From positions 288,001 through 352,000 of the forward strand of contig OZ252299.1 in assembly GCA_965250285.1 (NCBI GenBank): a stretch of 64,000 nucleotides of DNA, written 5' to 3'. This stretch comes from Myxococcota bacterium (GTDB lineage: Bacteria; Myxococcota_A; UBA9160; UBA4427). The notes under the pieces are model-generated. The model was not told where the DNA came from. It searched no databases and saw only the letters and a list, made by a program, of their open reading frames with translations. The translations under genes were made by a program, and so were the position numbers. Shown here one piece after another: positions 18,860 through 28,452 of this stretch (the stretch's first letter is position 1; each line of letters starts with the position of its first letter).

Positions 18860-19735
18860 TCAGAGCTTCGAGAGAATCTCGTTGCCCAGCTGCTCGAGGC
18901 CCTGGGTCACCTGATCGGGGGTGAAGCCCGGCGGCGGGCCCACGACGCGCGAGATACCGAGGTCTTCGAGCCGCTTCGCGTCGTCGAGGCTGCGCAGCGG
19001 TGCGCCCGTCGTGATCTCGATGTCGCTCGGGTTGCGGCCGCTCTTCTCGGCCTCTGCACGCATCGTGTCGAAGAGGTGCGCGAGGGCTTCGAAGTCGATC
19101 TTGCCGCCCTGGACCATCGGGAAGTAGCCGTCGCCGATGCGTCCGGCGCGCCGCGCGGCGCCGTCGGAGTGTCCCCCGACCACGATCGGGATACCGCCTG
19201 CCTGGACCGGCTTCGGGTTCGACTCGATCGCGTTCCACTCGTAGAACTCGCCCTGGAAGGGCTTCGCGTCGCCGCTCCAGAGCTGGCGCAGGGCCGCCAC
19301 ACACTCGTCGGTGCGGGCGCCGCGGCGGGCGAACGGGACGCCGAGCGAGTCGAACTCTTCTTCGAGCCAACCGATCCCGATGCCGCAGGTGATGCGGCCC
19401 TTCGAGAGGACGTCCAGGGTGGCGAGCTCTTTCGCGGTGTAGATCGGGTGTCGCTGCGGCAGGATCAGAATGCCGGTGCAGAGCCGGATCTTCTGGGTCA
19501 CCGCCGACGCGTGGGCGAGCCAGATCAGCGGATCGGGGATCGGCGCGTCTTCGGCGCCGGGCATCTTGCCCGTGTCGCTGTAGGGGTAGGCCGACTGGTA
19601 GCCGACGGGCACGGCCACGTGCTCGACGGTCCAGAGCGACTCGACGCCGACGCGCTCGGCTGTCTGAGCCAGGTGGGCGAGGCCCTCGGGCTGACCGAAG
19701 GGGCCGACGTTCGCGAACGCGAGTCCGTACTTCAT
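18860..19735 (-). CDS. LLM-class F420-dependent oxidoreductase (Rv2161c-like)
   Basis: ESLWTVEHVAVP, DPLIWLA, ILPQRHP..AKELATLDVLSKGR, GIGWLEEEF. Confidence 0.9.
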   Translation of the reverse strand: MKYGLAFANVGPFGQPEGLAHLAQTAERVGVESLWTVEHVAVPVGYQSAYPYSDTGKMPGAEDAPIPDPLIWLAHASAVTQKIRLCTGILILPQRHPIYTAKELATLDVLSKGRITCGIGIGWLEEEFDSLGVPFARRGARTDECVAALRQLWSGDAKPFQGEFYEWNAIESNPKPVQAGGIPIVVGGHSDGAARRAGRIGDGYFPMVQGGKIDFEALAHLFDTMRAEAEKSGRNPSDIEITTGAPLRSLDDAKRLEDLGISRVVGPPPGFTPDQVTQGLEQLGNEILSKL

Positions 19736-19913
19736 GGTGGGAGATTCCTTGTTCGGTAGGGGGTTCGAGAGGCGGGTCGCGAGACCGGCTCACACGTTCG
19801 CGCGACGCGGCGCCAAGCCGAAGGAAGAGCGTATCACCGAATCGGTCCGAGCCGCGGGCGCGATTCGGGGCGCTCGACCGAGCAGAACGCGTCGATTCGG
19901 GCATGCTATCGGG

Positions 19914-21248
19914 ATGCGCCTCGCGCCCCGTCTATCACGCATCGCCCGTTCGGCGCTCGTCTCCCTCATGGTCGTGGTCGCCGCCGCGCTCCACGCATGC
20001 TCGGACCGGGCGCCCGAGCGCCCTTCGGTCGTCGTGGTCAGTTTCGATGCGCTGCGCGCCGACGCGATCTCCCCCTACGGCGCGCCCGCCCTGCTGACAC
20101 CGCACATGCAGGCGTTCGCCGACGCCGGAACCCGCTTCGAGGCGGCGTACTCGCCGACCGCCAAGACGCCGAGCTCGTTCGCCGCCTATCTGACCGGTCG
20201 CCATGCAACGGATGCGCTGGTCGACTGGAAGCTGCCCGCCGACACGCCGACGCTCGCCGAACGGTTCGACGCCGAAGGCTATGCAACGGCCGCCTTCTTC
20301 AACAATCCGGCGCTCCAGGCCGGTCGGGGCTTTGCGCGCGGGTTCGACACGTTCGAGATGTTCAAGGGCGCCGACGACGCGCAGGTGGTGCAGCGCGCGC
20401 TCGCCTGGCTCGACGCCGCACCCGAGCCCTTTCTGCTTTGGGTGCACCTGATCGATCCGCACACGCCCTGGTTGCCCCATGCCGAGGCCCGTGCGTTCTA
20501 CGACGACCCGGGCACCTTCGATGCCGGCCCGATGCCTCCGCTCATGGTGCTGAACGACCCGGCGCAGCTGGCGCGGGCCCACGACCTGTATCGCGGCGAA
20601 GTGCATCGCAGCGATCGCCTCTTTGGTGAGCTGCTCTCGAAGCTCGATGCGCTGCGGGTCGAAGACCGGACCATCGTGCTGCTCACGTCGGACCACGGCG
20701 AGGAGATGATGGAGCATGGCATGCTCCAGCACGGCGCACTCACCGAGGAGAACATCGCCGTGCCCGTCCTCGTGCGCGCGCCGGGACGGGCCGGTGGCCA
20801 AACGCGCCCGCTCTGGCGGGGCGTCGATCTGCTGCCGACGTTGCTGGCGCTGGCCGGTCTCGATGCCCAGGCCGGCCTCGACGGTGTCGATGCCCTCTCG
20901 GAGACGCCCGAAGCGGTCATCGCCGTCGCCCACACGAATCGACGCAAGCAGTCGGCCAGCATCCGCGTCGGCGACGACAAGCTGATCGTCGTGTGTCTTC
21001 GAGACGGACCCACGAGGCGCACGCTCTACGACCTTGCGCGGGACCCCGACGAGCGATTCGACCTCTCGAAGCAGGAGCCGGCGCGCGCCGATGCGCTCGA
21101 AGCCCGGCTGTGGGCCGACCTGCGCCGCGACGGCTGCGACGCGCTGCCGATGCGGCGGGACGTCGCGCCCGACGTGCCCGCGGCCGACCGCGCGGCGCTC
21201 GAGGCGCTCGGCTACATCGGCGCCGAGGCCGGCGGCGAGGACGACTGA
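19914..21248 (+). CDS. Sulfatase-like hydrolase (alkaline phosphatase superfamily), probable lipoprotein
   Basis: VVVSFDALRAD, TPSSFAAYLTG, DPHTPW, TSDHGEE, LYDLARDPDE; LHAC lipobox. Confidence 0.85.
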   Translation: MRLAPRLSRIARSALVSLMVVVAAALHACSDRAPERPSVVVVSFDALRADAISPYGAPALLTPHMQAFADAGTRFEAAYSPTAKTPSSFAAYLTGRHATDALVDWKLPADTPTLAERFDAEGYATAAFFNNPALQAGRGFARGFDTFEMFKGADDAQVVQRALAWLDAAPEPFLLWVHLIDPHTPWLPHAEARAFYDDPGTFDAGPMPPLMVLNDPAQLARAHDLYRGEVHRSDRLFGELLSKLDALRVEDRTIVLLTSDHGEEMMEHGMLQHGALTEENIAVPVLVRAPGRAGGQTRPLWRGVDLLPTLLALAGLDAQAGLDGVDALSETPEAVIAVAHTNRRKQSASIRVGDDKLIVVCLRDGPTRRTLYDLARDPDERFDLSKQEPARADALEARLWADLRRDGCDALPMRRDVAPDVPAADRAALEALGYIGAEAGGEDD

Positions 21249-21257
21249 CACCCCCGA

Positions 21258-21494
21258 CTGGAGAGGCTCTGCAGAACGCGCCCCACGCACCCGCTGCGAG
21301 CTCTTCTTGGCCGAGCGTGCTGCGCTGTGACCGAAGCGTCCCGAGGCCGGGGCAGGCGGGGGGACCGCGCGCAGTTCGCAGGCGCGACGTGCGCAGCAAA
21401 CGAGCTTCCCCGGCCGGTCGCGCCGAGAATGTCTGAGCACGGTGCCCCCGCCTGCCCCTGCCCTGGCACGCCGGACACCGCAGAGGTTCCCTAG
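21258..21494 (-). mobile_element. MITE-like structured repeat, copy 2 (inverted relative to copy 1)
   Basis: Reverse complement starts CTAGGGAACCTCTGC and ends GCAGAGCCTCTCCAG; shares the core with 10701-10851. Confidence 0.7.
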
Positions 21495-22714
21495 AGGATC
21501 GCCCCTTCGGCCTTGAGGCGTTCGATCTCTTCCCACTCGAGCCCCATCTCCATCAGGACGACCTCCGTATCCTGACCGTGCTCGGGGGCGTGGCTCATCT
21601 CGGGGGCCGTCTCGTCGAACTGCACCGGATTGGCCACGAGCTGGCAAGCGTCGCCGCCGCCGAGCTCGACCTGGCGCAGATACTCGTTCGCGAGCACCTG
21701 GGGATCTTCATAGAGCTCACCTGGATGCTGCACCGGCGCCCACACGCCGTCGGTGGTCGCGAGACATTGCTTCCACTCTTCGAGGCTCTTCGTGGCGAAG
21801 ATGGCGTCGAGCTCGCCGACGCATTCCGGTCCGTTCTGCGCCCGTAGGGCCGAGCTGGCGAAGCGCTCGTCTTCGATCAGATCGGGGCGACCGAGGTGCT
21901 CGCAGAGATCGGGCCAGTTGCGGTCGCTCTGCAGCATGATGAGCATGATCCAGCGCGCATCCTTCGTCTGGTAGGCGTTGACGATCGGGTTGGGCACGCG
22001 CGTGCGGTCCATCTTCGGCATGCCGCCCTTGAGGCCGAGGCCTTCGAGCGCCTTCGCCATCGTGACGTCGGCCGAGATGTTCCACATGGCCGTCGAGAGC
22101 AGCGAGATGTCGACCACGCTGGGTTCGCCGGTGCGGGCTCGCTTGAAGAGCGCTGCTGCGACGCCGCCGGCGATGTTCATGCCACCCAGGCTGTCGCCGA
22201 ACGCGGGCCGCTGCATGACGGGCGGGCCGTCGCTGCGACCGGTGAGCGCCGACCCGATGCCGCCGCGCGCCCAGTACGACGCCCCGTCGTAGCCACCGCG
22301 TTCGGCCTCGGGGCCCCGCGTGCCCTGGCCGCTGCCTCGCGCGTAGATGATGTCGGGGTTGACCGCGCGAATGTGCTCGACGTCGATCGCGAGCCGCTGC
22401 CGCGCGCCGGGCAGGAAGCTCGTGAGGAAGACGTCGCTCTCGGCCGCGAGTTTGTAGAGCAGCGCGCGCCCGCCCTCGGTCTTGACGTCGATGCCCACGC
22501 TCTTCTTGCTGCGATTCGGCTGCTCCCACATGAAGTTGAAGCCGCCGGCCGGCAAGAGCCCGCTCGTCACGAGGCCGCGCTGAGGGTCGCCCGTCTCGGG
22601 GTGCTCGACCTTGATCACCTCGGCGCCCCAGTCGGCGAGCACCGCCCCAGCGCTCGGCACGAACCACCATGCCGCGACCTCGAGCACCTTGATGCCTTCG
22701 AGGGGTCGTTCCAT
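21491..22714 (-). CDS. CoA-transferase family III (CaiB/BaiF)
   Basis: PLEGIKVLE, LADWGAEVIKVEHP..GDPQR, NRSKKSV, GYD, APEHGQDT. Confidence 0.93.
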   Translation of the reverse strand: MERPLEGIKVLEVAAWWFVPSAGAVLADWGAEVIKVEHPETGDPQRGLVTSGLLPAGGFNFMWEQPNRSKKSVGIDVKTEGGRALLYKLAAESDVFLTSFLPGARQRLAIDVEHIRAVNPDIIYARGSGQGTRGPEAERGGYDGASYWARGGIGSALTGRSDGPPVMQRPAFGDSLGGMNIAGGVAAALFKRARTGEPSVVDISLLSTAMWNISADVTMAKALEGLGLKGGMPKMDRTRVPNPIVNAYQTKDARWIMLIMLQSDRNWPDLCEHLGRPDLIEDERFASSALRAQNGPECVGELDAIFATKSLEEWKQCLATTDGVWAPVQHPGELYEDPQVLANEYLRQVELGGGDACQLVANPVQFDETAPEMSHAPEHGQDTEVVLMEMGLEWEEIERLKAEGAIL

Positions 22715-22754
22715 CGGATCCTCCTCCACGCAGCGGCGAGCGGCCGGTCGGCCG

Positions 22755-22773
22755 ATCTGACGATGCGTCAGAT
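22755..22773. promoter_or_regulatory. Operator-like perfect palindrome upstream of the CoA-transferase
   Basis: ATCTGACG-ATG-CGTCAGAT, 40 bp upstream of the start codon. Confidence 0.6.
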
Positions 22774-22831
22774 TCAGGATCATCACAGTAGGAGGGCCAC
22801 GCGGGCGTGTCCAGCAGGCCGAGCAGCGGGA

Positions 22832-23500
22832 TCAGATCTTCATCTGGACCCGGATGAAGAGGCCCTCGGCCTCGGTGAGCAGCCGGTCGCCGGCGAAGCA
22901 GCGTCCACCGGCGAACACCTTTCGCGCGTCGATCCGGTCGGTCCAGGCCTCGAACCGCAGGGGTGTGTCGAGGGGCGTGGGCGCCCTGAAGTGGATCGTC
23001 AGCCGACCCGTCGCGCCCGACGCACCGTTCACCGTATTGGCCAGGGCGAGCACCTCGTCGTACATCGCCGAGACGACGGCGCCATGCACGAGGCCGGGAG
23101 CGCCCTGGTAGGCCTTGCCGAGGGTGACGTCGCCGACGACGCGGTCGCCGTCGCGCCGCAGCACGAGCGGCGGAGCAACGGGGTTGAGCTGGCCCATGAC
23201 CGGGCTGAAGGGCACACCTGCGCTCACCGCCTCGGGCTCGCTCTCGGCGCCGCCCCCGAACAACGCGATCCCCCGACCGCGCGCGAGCGCGGCCAGCTCG
23301 TCGGCCAGTGCGTCGGCGCGTTCGCATGCGGCCTCGATCTCGTCAGTGCTCGCCGAGAGGTCGACCGCCGCCTCGACGCAGCGTCTGAGGCTCCGCGTCA
23401 ATCGTTGCCACGCGAGTCGCTCGGCATCCCCCATCTCGGACGACACACGATCGGTGTGCTCGCTGAAGAGGTGATCTTCGGTGAACGCGTCCTTGACCAT
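22832..23500 (-). CDS. PaaI family (hotdog-fold) thioesterase
   Basis: SPVMGQLNPVAPP, YQGAPGLVHGAVVSAMYDE, LTIHFRAPTPL. Confidence 0.88.
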   Translation of the reverse strand: MVKDAFTEDHLFSEHTDRVSSEMGDAERLAWQRLTRSLRRCVEAAVDLSASTDEIEAACERADALADELAALARGRGIALFGGGAESEPEAVSAGVPFSPVMGQLNPVAPPLVLRRDGDRVVGDVTLGKAYQGAPGLVHGAVVSAMYDEVLALANTVNGASGATGRLTIHFRAPTPLDTPLRFEAWTDRIDARKVFAGGRCFAGDRLLTEAEGLFIRVQMKI

Positions 23501-23536
23501 CGGGCTTCGCCGGCCTCGCTCGTCGACCGCGCGCGC

Positions 23537-24670
23537 TCAGCGCGGCGGGTCGACGATCCCCTCGAACCCGTAGCGCGCGTGCTCGCCGAGATGGATCTGC
23601 TCGAGGACGCCGATGCCGATGTCGTCGCCCGAGCGCGCGCGCACGACCTGCTGGATGTGCTGATTCTCGATCGCGTTCGGGTCGACCTCGTCACACTTGA
23701 AGCGGTCGCCGCCGATGGCCAGCTCGTCGTGCCAGCGACCGTGGCCCCAGACCGGGTGTGTGTACCCGATGCCCTTCATGCGGAAGATCAGCAGGGGTTC
23801 GAGCTCGATGTCGAGCCGGCTCGCGTCCGACCCCACGAGCGCAATGCGGGCGGCGCTCGCGCGACGCGTGCCCGGGACGAACTCGAGTTCGTGCTCGACA
23901 CGCTTGTACGTCACGGTGTCGGGATCCATCACGCCGGGGATCTTGTCGGGGTTGCCGTCGTGTACGGGCACGACGGCGCCGTCCTGGTGCCAGGTGTAGC
24001 CACTCGCATCATCGAAGCAGCCGAAGTGCGTACAGCGGTTGGGCCAGTGGAGCGGCGCCCAGAGGAAGAAGATCTGGGGCATGGCGAAGGCGGGGGCACC
24101 GCCGGCATCGGGCTCGCCCACCGGGCGGATGCCCCACGAACGATCTTTCGTACCGAAGACGTGCTCGGCGTCGATGGGCAGCGTGCGGCCGGCGAAGCGG
24201 ATCTCGCCCGACCAGCGACCGAACTGAGCGAAGCGCGTCGCGTCCATCACGACCTTCGTTCCGGCCGGATTGCGCAGGGTCTGTCGCCCCTCTTCGACAC
24301 ACGCCGTGCGCGCGGTGAACGTGAGGTCGCAGGCGAGTCCCGTCTCGTTGTCGTCGAGCACGACGCGGATCTTGCGCATCGGCTCGATGATCTCGATGCG
24401 GAACGGGCCGCATTCGGTCTCGCTCGGGTCTCTCGGTGCCCGCCGCGAGCCGTAGAAGCAGTGCTGCTCGCCGTCGATCACGAGACTGAAGCCGCAGTCG
24501 AGCACGCCGCGATGCGGATAGAGCCCCATGGCGATGCCGAAATAGAAGTCGCCGTCGTCGGCGTAGCCGTTGAACCAGTAGCGGTCGTAGTGATTGCGGT
24601 CGCCCGTCGAGGGGTGAGCGACCGGTTCGGGCGTCTGGTGGATCGGGTAGTCGTCGAAGCGGCTCAGCAT
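23537..24670 (-). CDS. Conserved hypothetical protein (possibly tocopherol-cyclase/lipocalin-like beta-barrel)
   Basis: DDYPIHQT, DRYWFNG, GTKDRSWGIRPVG; clean long ORF. Confidence 0.7.
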   Translation of the reverse strand: MLSRFDDYPIHQTPEPVAHPSTGDRNHYDRYWFNGYADDGDFYFGIAMGLYPHRGVLDCGFSLVIDGEQHCFYGSRRAPRDPSETECGPFRIEIIEPMRKIRVVLDDNETGLACDLTFTARTACVEEGRQTLRNPAGTKVVMDATRFAQFGRWSGEIRFAGRTLPIDAEHVFGTKDRSWGIRPVGEPDAGGAPAFAMPQIFFLWAPLHWPNRCTHFGCFDDASGYTWHQDGAVVPVHDGNPDKIPGVMDPDTVTYKRVEHELEFVPGTRRASAARIALVGSDASRLDIELEPLLIFRMKGIGYTHPVWGHGRWHDELAIGGDRFKCDEVDPNAIENQHIQQVVRARSGDDIGIGVLEQIHLGEHARYGFEGIVDPPR

Positions 24671-24794
24671 GGTTCGCCTCAGGGTTGCGGGGTGCGTGCA
24701 GTCGAGGTCTGAGAGTACCGCGGCTGGCGGCGGCTCGAAGCACGCGCGTGCGCATGGGGTGCGGGGTGGGGCGGGGCGTCGCTAGCGTCGGGGC

Positions 24795-25886
24795 GTGATG
24801 CGGGCTTTCGAAGACGGGCAGCGCGTCGGTCTCTTCCGACGGAAGCGACTGTGGAGCACTTGGCTCGGCTGCGTCGGAGGGCTCGCGCTCATTCTGTGCG
24901 GCATGGCCGGCGGGCCCGACCCGGCCGCTGCCCACCCGCTCGCTCCGAGCCTTCTCGAGCTTCGCGAACGAGATGACGGGCTGGTCGACGTCCGATTCAA
25001 GGCCGCGATCATGCAGGCGCGCGGCGCGGTGCACGCGCCGCGACTCCCCGAGGTGTGCAAGCCGGTCGGCGAGGCGAACGAGACGCGCGAGGGCACGGGC
25101 ATCGTCATCGACTACGTCGTCGACTGCGACGGCGTCGCCCTGACCGGTCTCACCGTCGGTCTGGATGGCCTCGAGGCAGGCGTCGCAAACGCGCTGGTGC
25201 GGGTCGTGTCGGCGGACGGCGTCGTGCGCCAGGCGCTGCTCTCGGCGAACGAGCCCGAGTTCGTCGTGCCCGCCGATCCGAGCAAGTGGAGCGTCGCCGC
25301 CAGCTACATCGAGCTCGGCATCGAACACCTCGTGTTCGGCTTCGACCACGTGCTCTTCGTGCTCGGCCTCTTGATGCTGATTCGGGGCCTGCGGCCGCTG
25401 CTGCTCACCGTGACGTCGTTCACCGTCGGGCACAGCGTGACCCTGGCGCTCGCCGCGCTCGGCCTCGTTCGGTTTCCGACCGGGCTCGTCGAGGTGGGCA
25501 TTGCGCTGAGCCTGCTCGTGCTCGCGATGGAGATCCCGACGCGTCTCGATTCGGACGACGAGACGCGCGGGCTCTTTCAGCGTCGCCCGTGGCTCATCGC
25601 GTTCGCGTTCGGTCTGCTGCACGGGCTCGGGTTCGCCGGCGCCCTCGCCGAGATCGGTCTGCCGCCGCGCGACATCCCGCTGGCGCTCTTCACGTTCAAC
25701 GTGGGCATCGAGCTCGGCCAGATCGCGCTCGTACTCGTCGCGCTCGCGCTCTTTCGGCTGGCGCTCGCCCTCGCGATCCCGATGCGGTCGCCTGCGCTGC
25801 GGGCGGTCGGAATCGCGGGCATCGGCAGCCTGGCCGGCTACTGGGTGATCGAGCGAACGGCCGCCTGGCTCGGGGGCTCGGCGTAG
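24795..25886 (+). CDS. HupE/UreJ family membrane protein
   Basis: LGIEHLVFGFDHVLF, FTVGHSVTL, FGLLHGLGFAGAL, FNVGIELGQ; start uncertain. Confidence 0.88.
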   Translation: MMRAFEDGQRVGLFRRKRLWSTWLGCVGGLALILCGMAGGPDPAAAHPLAPSLLELRERDDGLVDVRFKAAIMQARGAVHAPRLPEVCKPVGEANETREGTGIVIDYVVDCDGVALTGLTVGLDGLEAGVANALVRVVSADGVVRQALLSANEPEFVVPADPSKWSVAASYIELGIEHLVFGFDHVLFVLGLLMLIRGLRPLLLTVTSFTVGHSVTLALAALGLVRFPTGLVEVGIALSLLVLAMEIPTRLDSDDETRGLFQRRPWLIAFAFGLLHGLGFAGALAEIGLPPRDIPLALFTFNVGIELGQIALVLVALALFRLALALAIPMRSPALRAVGIAGIGSLAGYWVIERTAAWLGGSA

Positions 25887-25918
25887 CTGCGCCGCTCCGT
25901 CCCGGCGCGTCGATTGCA

Positions 25919-27019
25919 CTACGAGATCAGATCGAACGCCTCGAGGTCGAGTGCGTGCTGGGCGTGACGCGACGCCATCGCCATGAACATCTCGTCGCCC
26001 CGCTCGGTCACCTCGACGATCATCGATGCGACCACGGCCATGATGACGCCGGCGAAGGTGAAGAGTCGGTATTCGCGCCAGCACGTCTCGAAGTCGTAAT
26101 CGGTGACGCCCCCGGCGAGCAGACCCTCGTGATAGCGGCGAATCAGCGCGTCTTCGTGCGTGCGCCGCGCTTCGATGGGCAGGCCTGCCCCCATGAAGTA
26201 CGCCGCGTCGCCGAGCGCAGCGCCGCAACCGACGGTCTGCCAGTCGACGATGCAGAGCGGCGTCGCCGAATCGCCCGCCCCAAAGAGCATGTTGTCGAGT
26301 CGGTAGTCACCGTGGGTGAGTGTCTTGGGGCTGTCGGACGCGGCGGCCCACGCGCCGATGAGCGGGCCGAAGCGTCGCGTGACGTCCATCAGCTCGGGAG
26401 CGAGACGATCGGCGTACCGGGCTTCGAAGCCCGGTTGCAGCGCCGAGTACACGCCCTGCAAGAGCGGCGCACTCTCGGGCGAAGCCTGCTGCAGATAGGC
26501 GAGTCCGGGGAGCTTCGCGTCGTCCCACCAGGGGGCGTGCAGACGCGTGAGTTCGTCGAGAGCGAGCTCGGCCTCTTCGACGCTGCAGCCCGCGATCTGG
26601 TCGCCCTGTCGGGCGGGCGCCATGTCTTCGAGCACGATCGAGAAGAACTCGGGGTTCGCCTCGTCGATCGTCGCGTAGTCGCAGCGCGGCGTGCGCATCG
26701 GCGTATCTCGGGCGAGCTGCTGGTAGAAGCGCACTTCGCGCATGTACGAGCCCTGGCTCGCGCCCGTCCCGCGGCTCGTCGGATCGTCGGAGGGGATCTT
26801 GACCACGACCGACGCCGACGGGGCGTCGTCGCCCTCGAAGCGCAACCGCAGCCGGACGCTGCGACCCATCTGACCGGTGCCGACCATCTCGGTCTCGAAG
26901 TCGGCGACCACTCGACCGCCGCGCACATCGCTCTGTGCGAGGGCGCCTTCGATCCAGGCGACGTCGATCTCTTCGGGCAACGTGATGGGCTTCGGCCCGC
27001 TCGATTGCGCACTGCTCAC
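25919..27019 (-). CDS. APH/ecdysteroid-kinase-like phosphotransferase
   Basis: GTGQMG, VVKIP, REVRFY, HGDYRLDNMLF, VDWQT. Confidence 0.88.
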   Translation of the reverse strand: MSSAQSSGPKPITLPEEIDVAWIEGALAQSDVRGGRVVADFETEMVGTGQMGRSVRLRLRFEGDDAPSASVVVKIPSDDPTSRGTGASQGSYMREVRFYQQLARDTPMRTPRCDYATIDEANPEFFSIVLEDMAPARQGDQIAGCSVEEAELALDELTRLHAPWWDDAKLPGLAYLQQASPESAPLLQGVYSALQPGFEARYADRLAPELMDVTRRFGPLIGAWAAASDSPKTLTHGDYRLDNMLFGAGDSATPLCIVDWQTVGCGAALGDAAYFMGAGLPIEARRTHEDALIRRYHEGLLAGGVTDYDFETCWREYRLFTFAGVIMAVVASMIVEVTERGDEMFMAMASRHAQHALDLEAFDLIS

Positions 27020-27140
27020 GCGAGTCTCCTCTCGATCCGGGGCCGATCCGGGACCGATCCCGATCAGCGCCCGGCACGCAGGCCGGAGCATACGAGATCG
27101 GCGACTCGAGGGAGTGCTGCCATCGGGGCCCGCCCGAAGG

Positions 27141-28316
27141 TCAGAACTTGATCGGGAAGCTCGCGTAGCCCTGCACGAAGTCGGTCACGAGGCGCTCGGC
27201 GTTGTCGAGGTCGAGCTCGTACTCGGGGAACGCCGCGAGCATCTCCTCGAGGCAGATCTTGCCTTCGAGCTTCGCTGCGTGCATGCCGATGCAGGCGTGC
27301 GTCCCCGCGCCGAACGAGAGGATGCGCTTTGCCTTGCGATCGATGTCGAACACGTCCGGGTCGTCGAACTCGTCCGCGTCGCGATTGGCGGCCGGATAGA
27401 GGAAGAGGACCGGCTGGCCTTCCTTGAGCGATTGACCGCGCAGCTCGAGATCGTTCGTGACGCTGCGGCAGAGGAACTGCGTCGGCATCCAGTACCGCAG
27501 CCCCTCTTGCAGGGCGTCGGGCACCAGCGACGGATCGGCCACCACCTTCGCACGCTGATCGGGGTGCTCGGCGAGCAGCTGCGTCATGTTGGCGAACGTC
27601 TTCGGGAACGTCTCTGAGCCGCCGATGATGAGCAGCGTCAGATGCGACGCGATCGCCTCGAGCGGGAACTGCTCGCCGTCGAGCTCGAAGGCGCAGAGGA
27701 GGTTGAGCACGTCGGGCTCATCCGCCCCCTTGGCTCGACACTTGGCCGCCAGCTCGTAGAAGTAGGCGCCGATCTCCTCCATGGCCGCGAGCCCGTCTGG
27801 GGTCATGCCGTCGACTTCGGGGTCGCGGGCGAAGAAGCGCCAGACCAGGCTGTTCAGCATGTCGCCATCTTCCTGGGGGATGCCGTTCAGCTTGCACGCC
27901 ACGGCGGTCGCGACGTTCGACGAGAAGTCGTTCATCACGTCCATGCCGCCTCGACCCTTCGCCTCTTCGATGTAGCTCTTCACCATGTCGCGGATGAACG
28001 GCTCGAGCGGCGCCACCTTGGCGGGCGTGAAGTACTGCCGCATCTCCGTCCGCAGCTTCGTGTGCTCGGGCGGATCCATCATGTTGAGCATCGGGGTGAC
28101 GGGCTGCACCTTCGTGAGAAGATGGGCCGACGTCGTCCCCTTCGTCGCGGTGAAGTGCTTGTTGTCCATCGAGCAGTCCCAGATGTCCTGGAACTTCGAG
28201 AGCGCCCACGCGTCGTATTCCTCGATGTAGTAGACCGGCGCCTCTTCGCGCAGCTGCGCGTAGACGGGGTAGGGGTCTCGCATCACCTCGTCGGAGAACG
28301 GGTTGTAGTGGACCAT
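27141..28316 (-). CDS. Cytochrome P450
   Basis: GGSET I-helix, EGLR (ExxR), ANRD, FGAGTHACIG heme ligand. Confidence 0.95.
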   Translation of the reverse strand: MVHYNPFSDEVMRDPYPVYAQLREEAPVYYIEEYDAWALSKFQDIWDCSMDNKHFTATKGTTSAHLLTKVQPVTPMLNMMDPPEHTKLRTEMRQYFTPAKVAPLEPFIRDMVKSYIEEAKGRGGMDVMNDFSSNVATAVACKLNGIPQEDGDMLNSLVWRFFARDPEVDGMTPDGLAAMEEIGAYFYELAAKCRAKGADEPDVLNLLCAFELDGEQFPLEAIASHLTLLIIGGSETFPKTFANMTQLLAEHPDQRAKVVADPSLVPDALQEGLRYWMPTQFLCRSVTNDLELRGQSLKEGQPVLFLYPAANRDADEFDDPDVFDIDRKAKRILSFGAGTHACIGMHAAKLEGKICLEEMLAAFPEYELDLDNAERLVTDFVQGYASFPIKF

Positions 28317-28452
28317 GGCGGTGGGCTCCTTCGCTGCCGGGTTCTCGCGCGCGAGCATACCGCCGCGGCTCGCGGGCTGCCGCCGCGAACGCATCGGAGG
28401 CCACTCCGATTCGGGGATCGGGGTGACGGCTGGAGTCGACGCGGTGGGGCGG

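Noticed and set aside
18276..19904. 542-aa fusion ORF ending in a GNAT domain
   Set aside because: The N-terminal part is an alternative frame over the LLM gene; only ~18276-18830 looks coding
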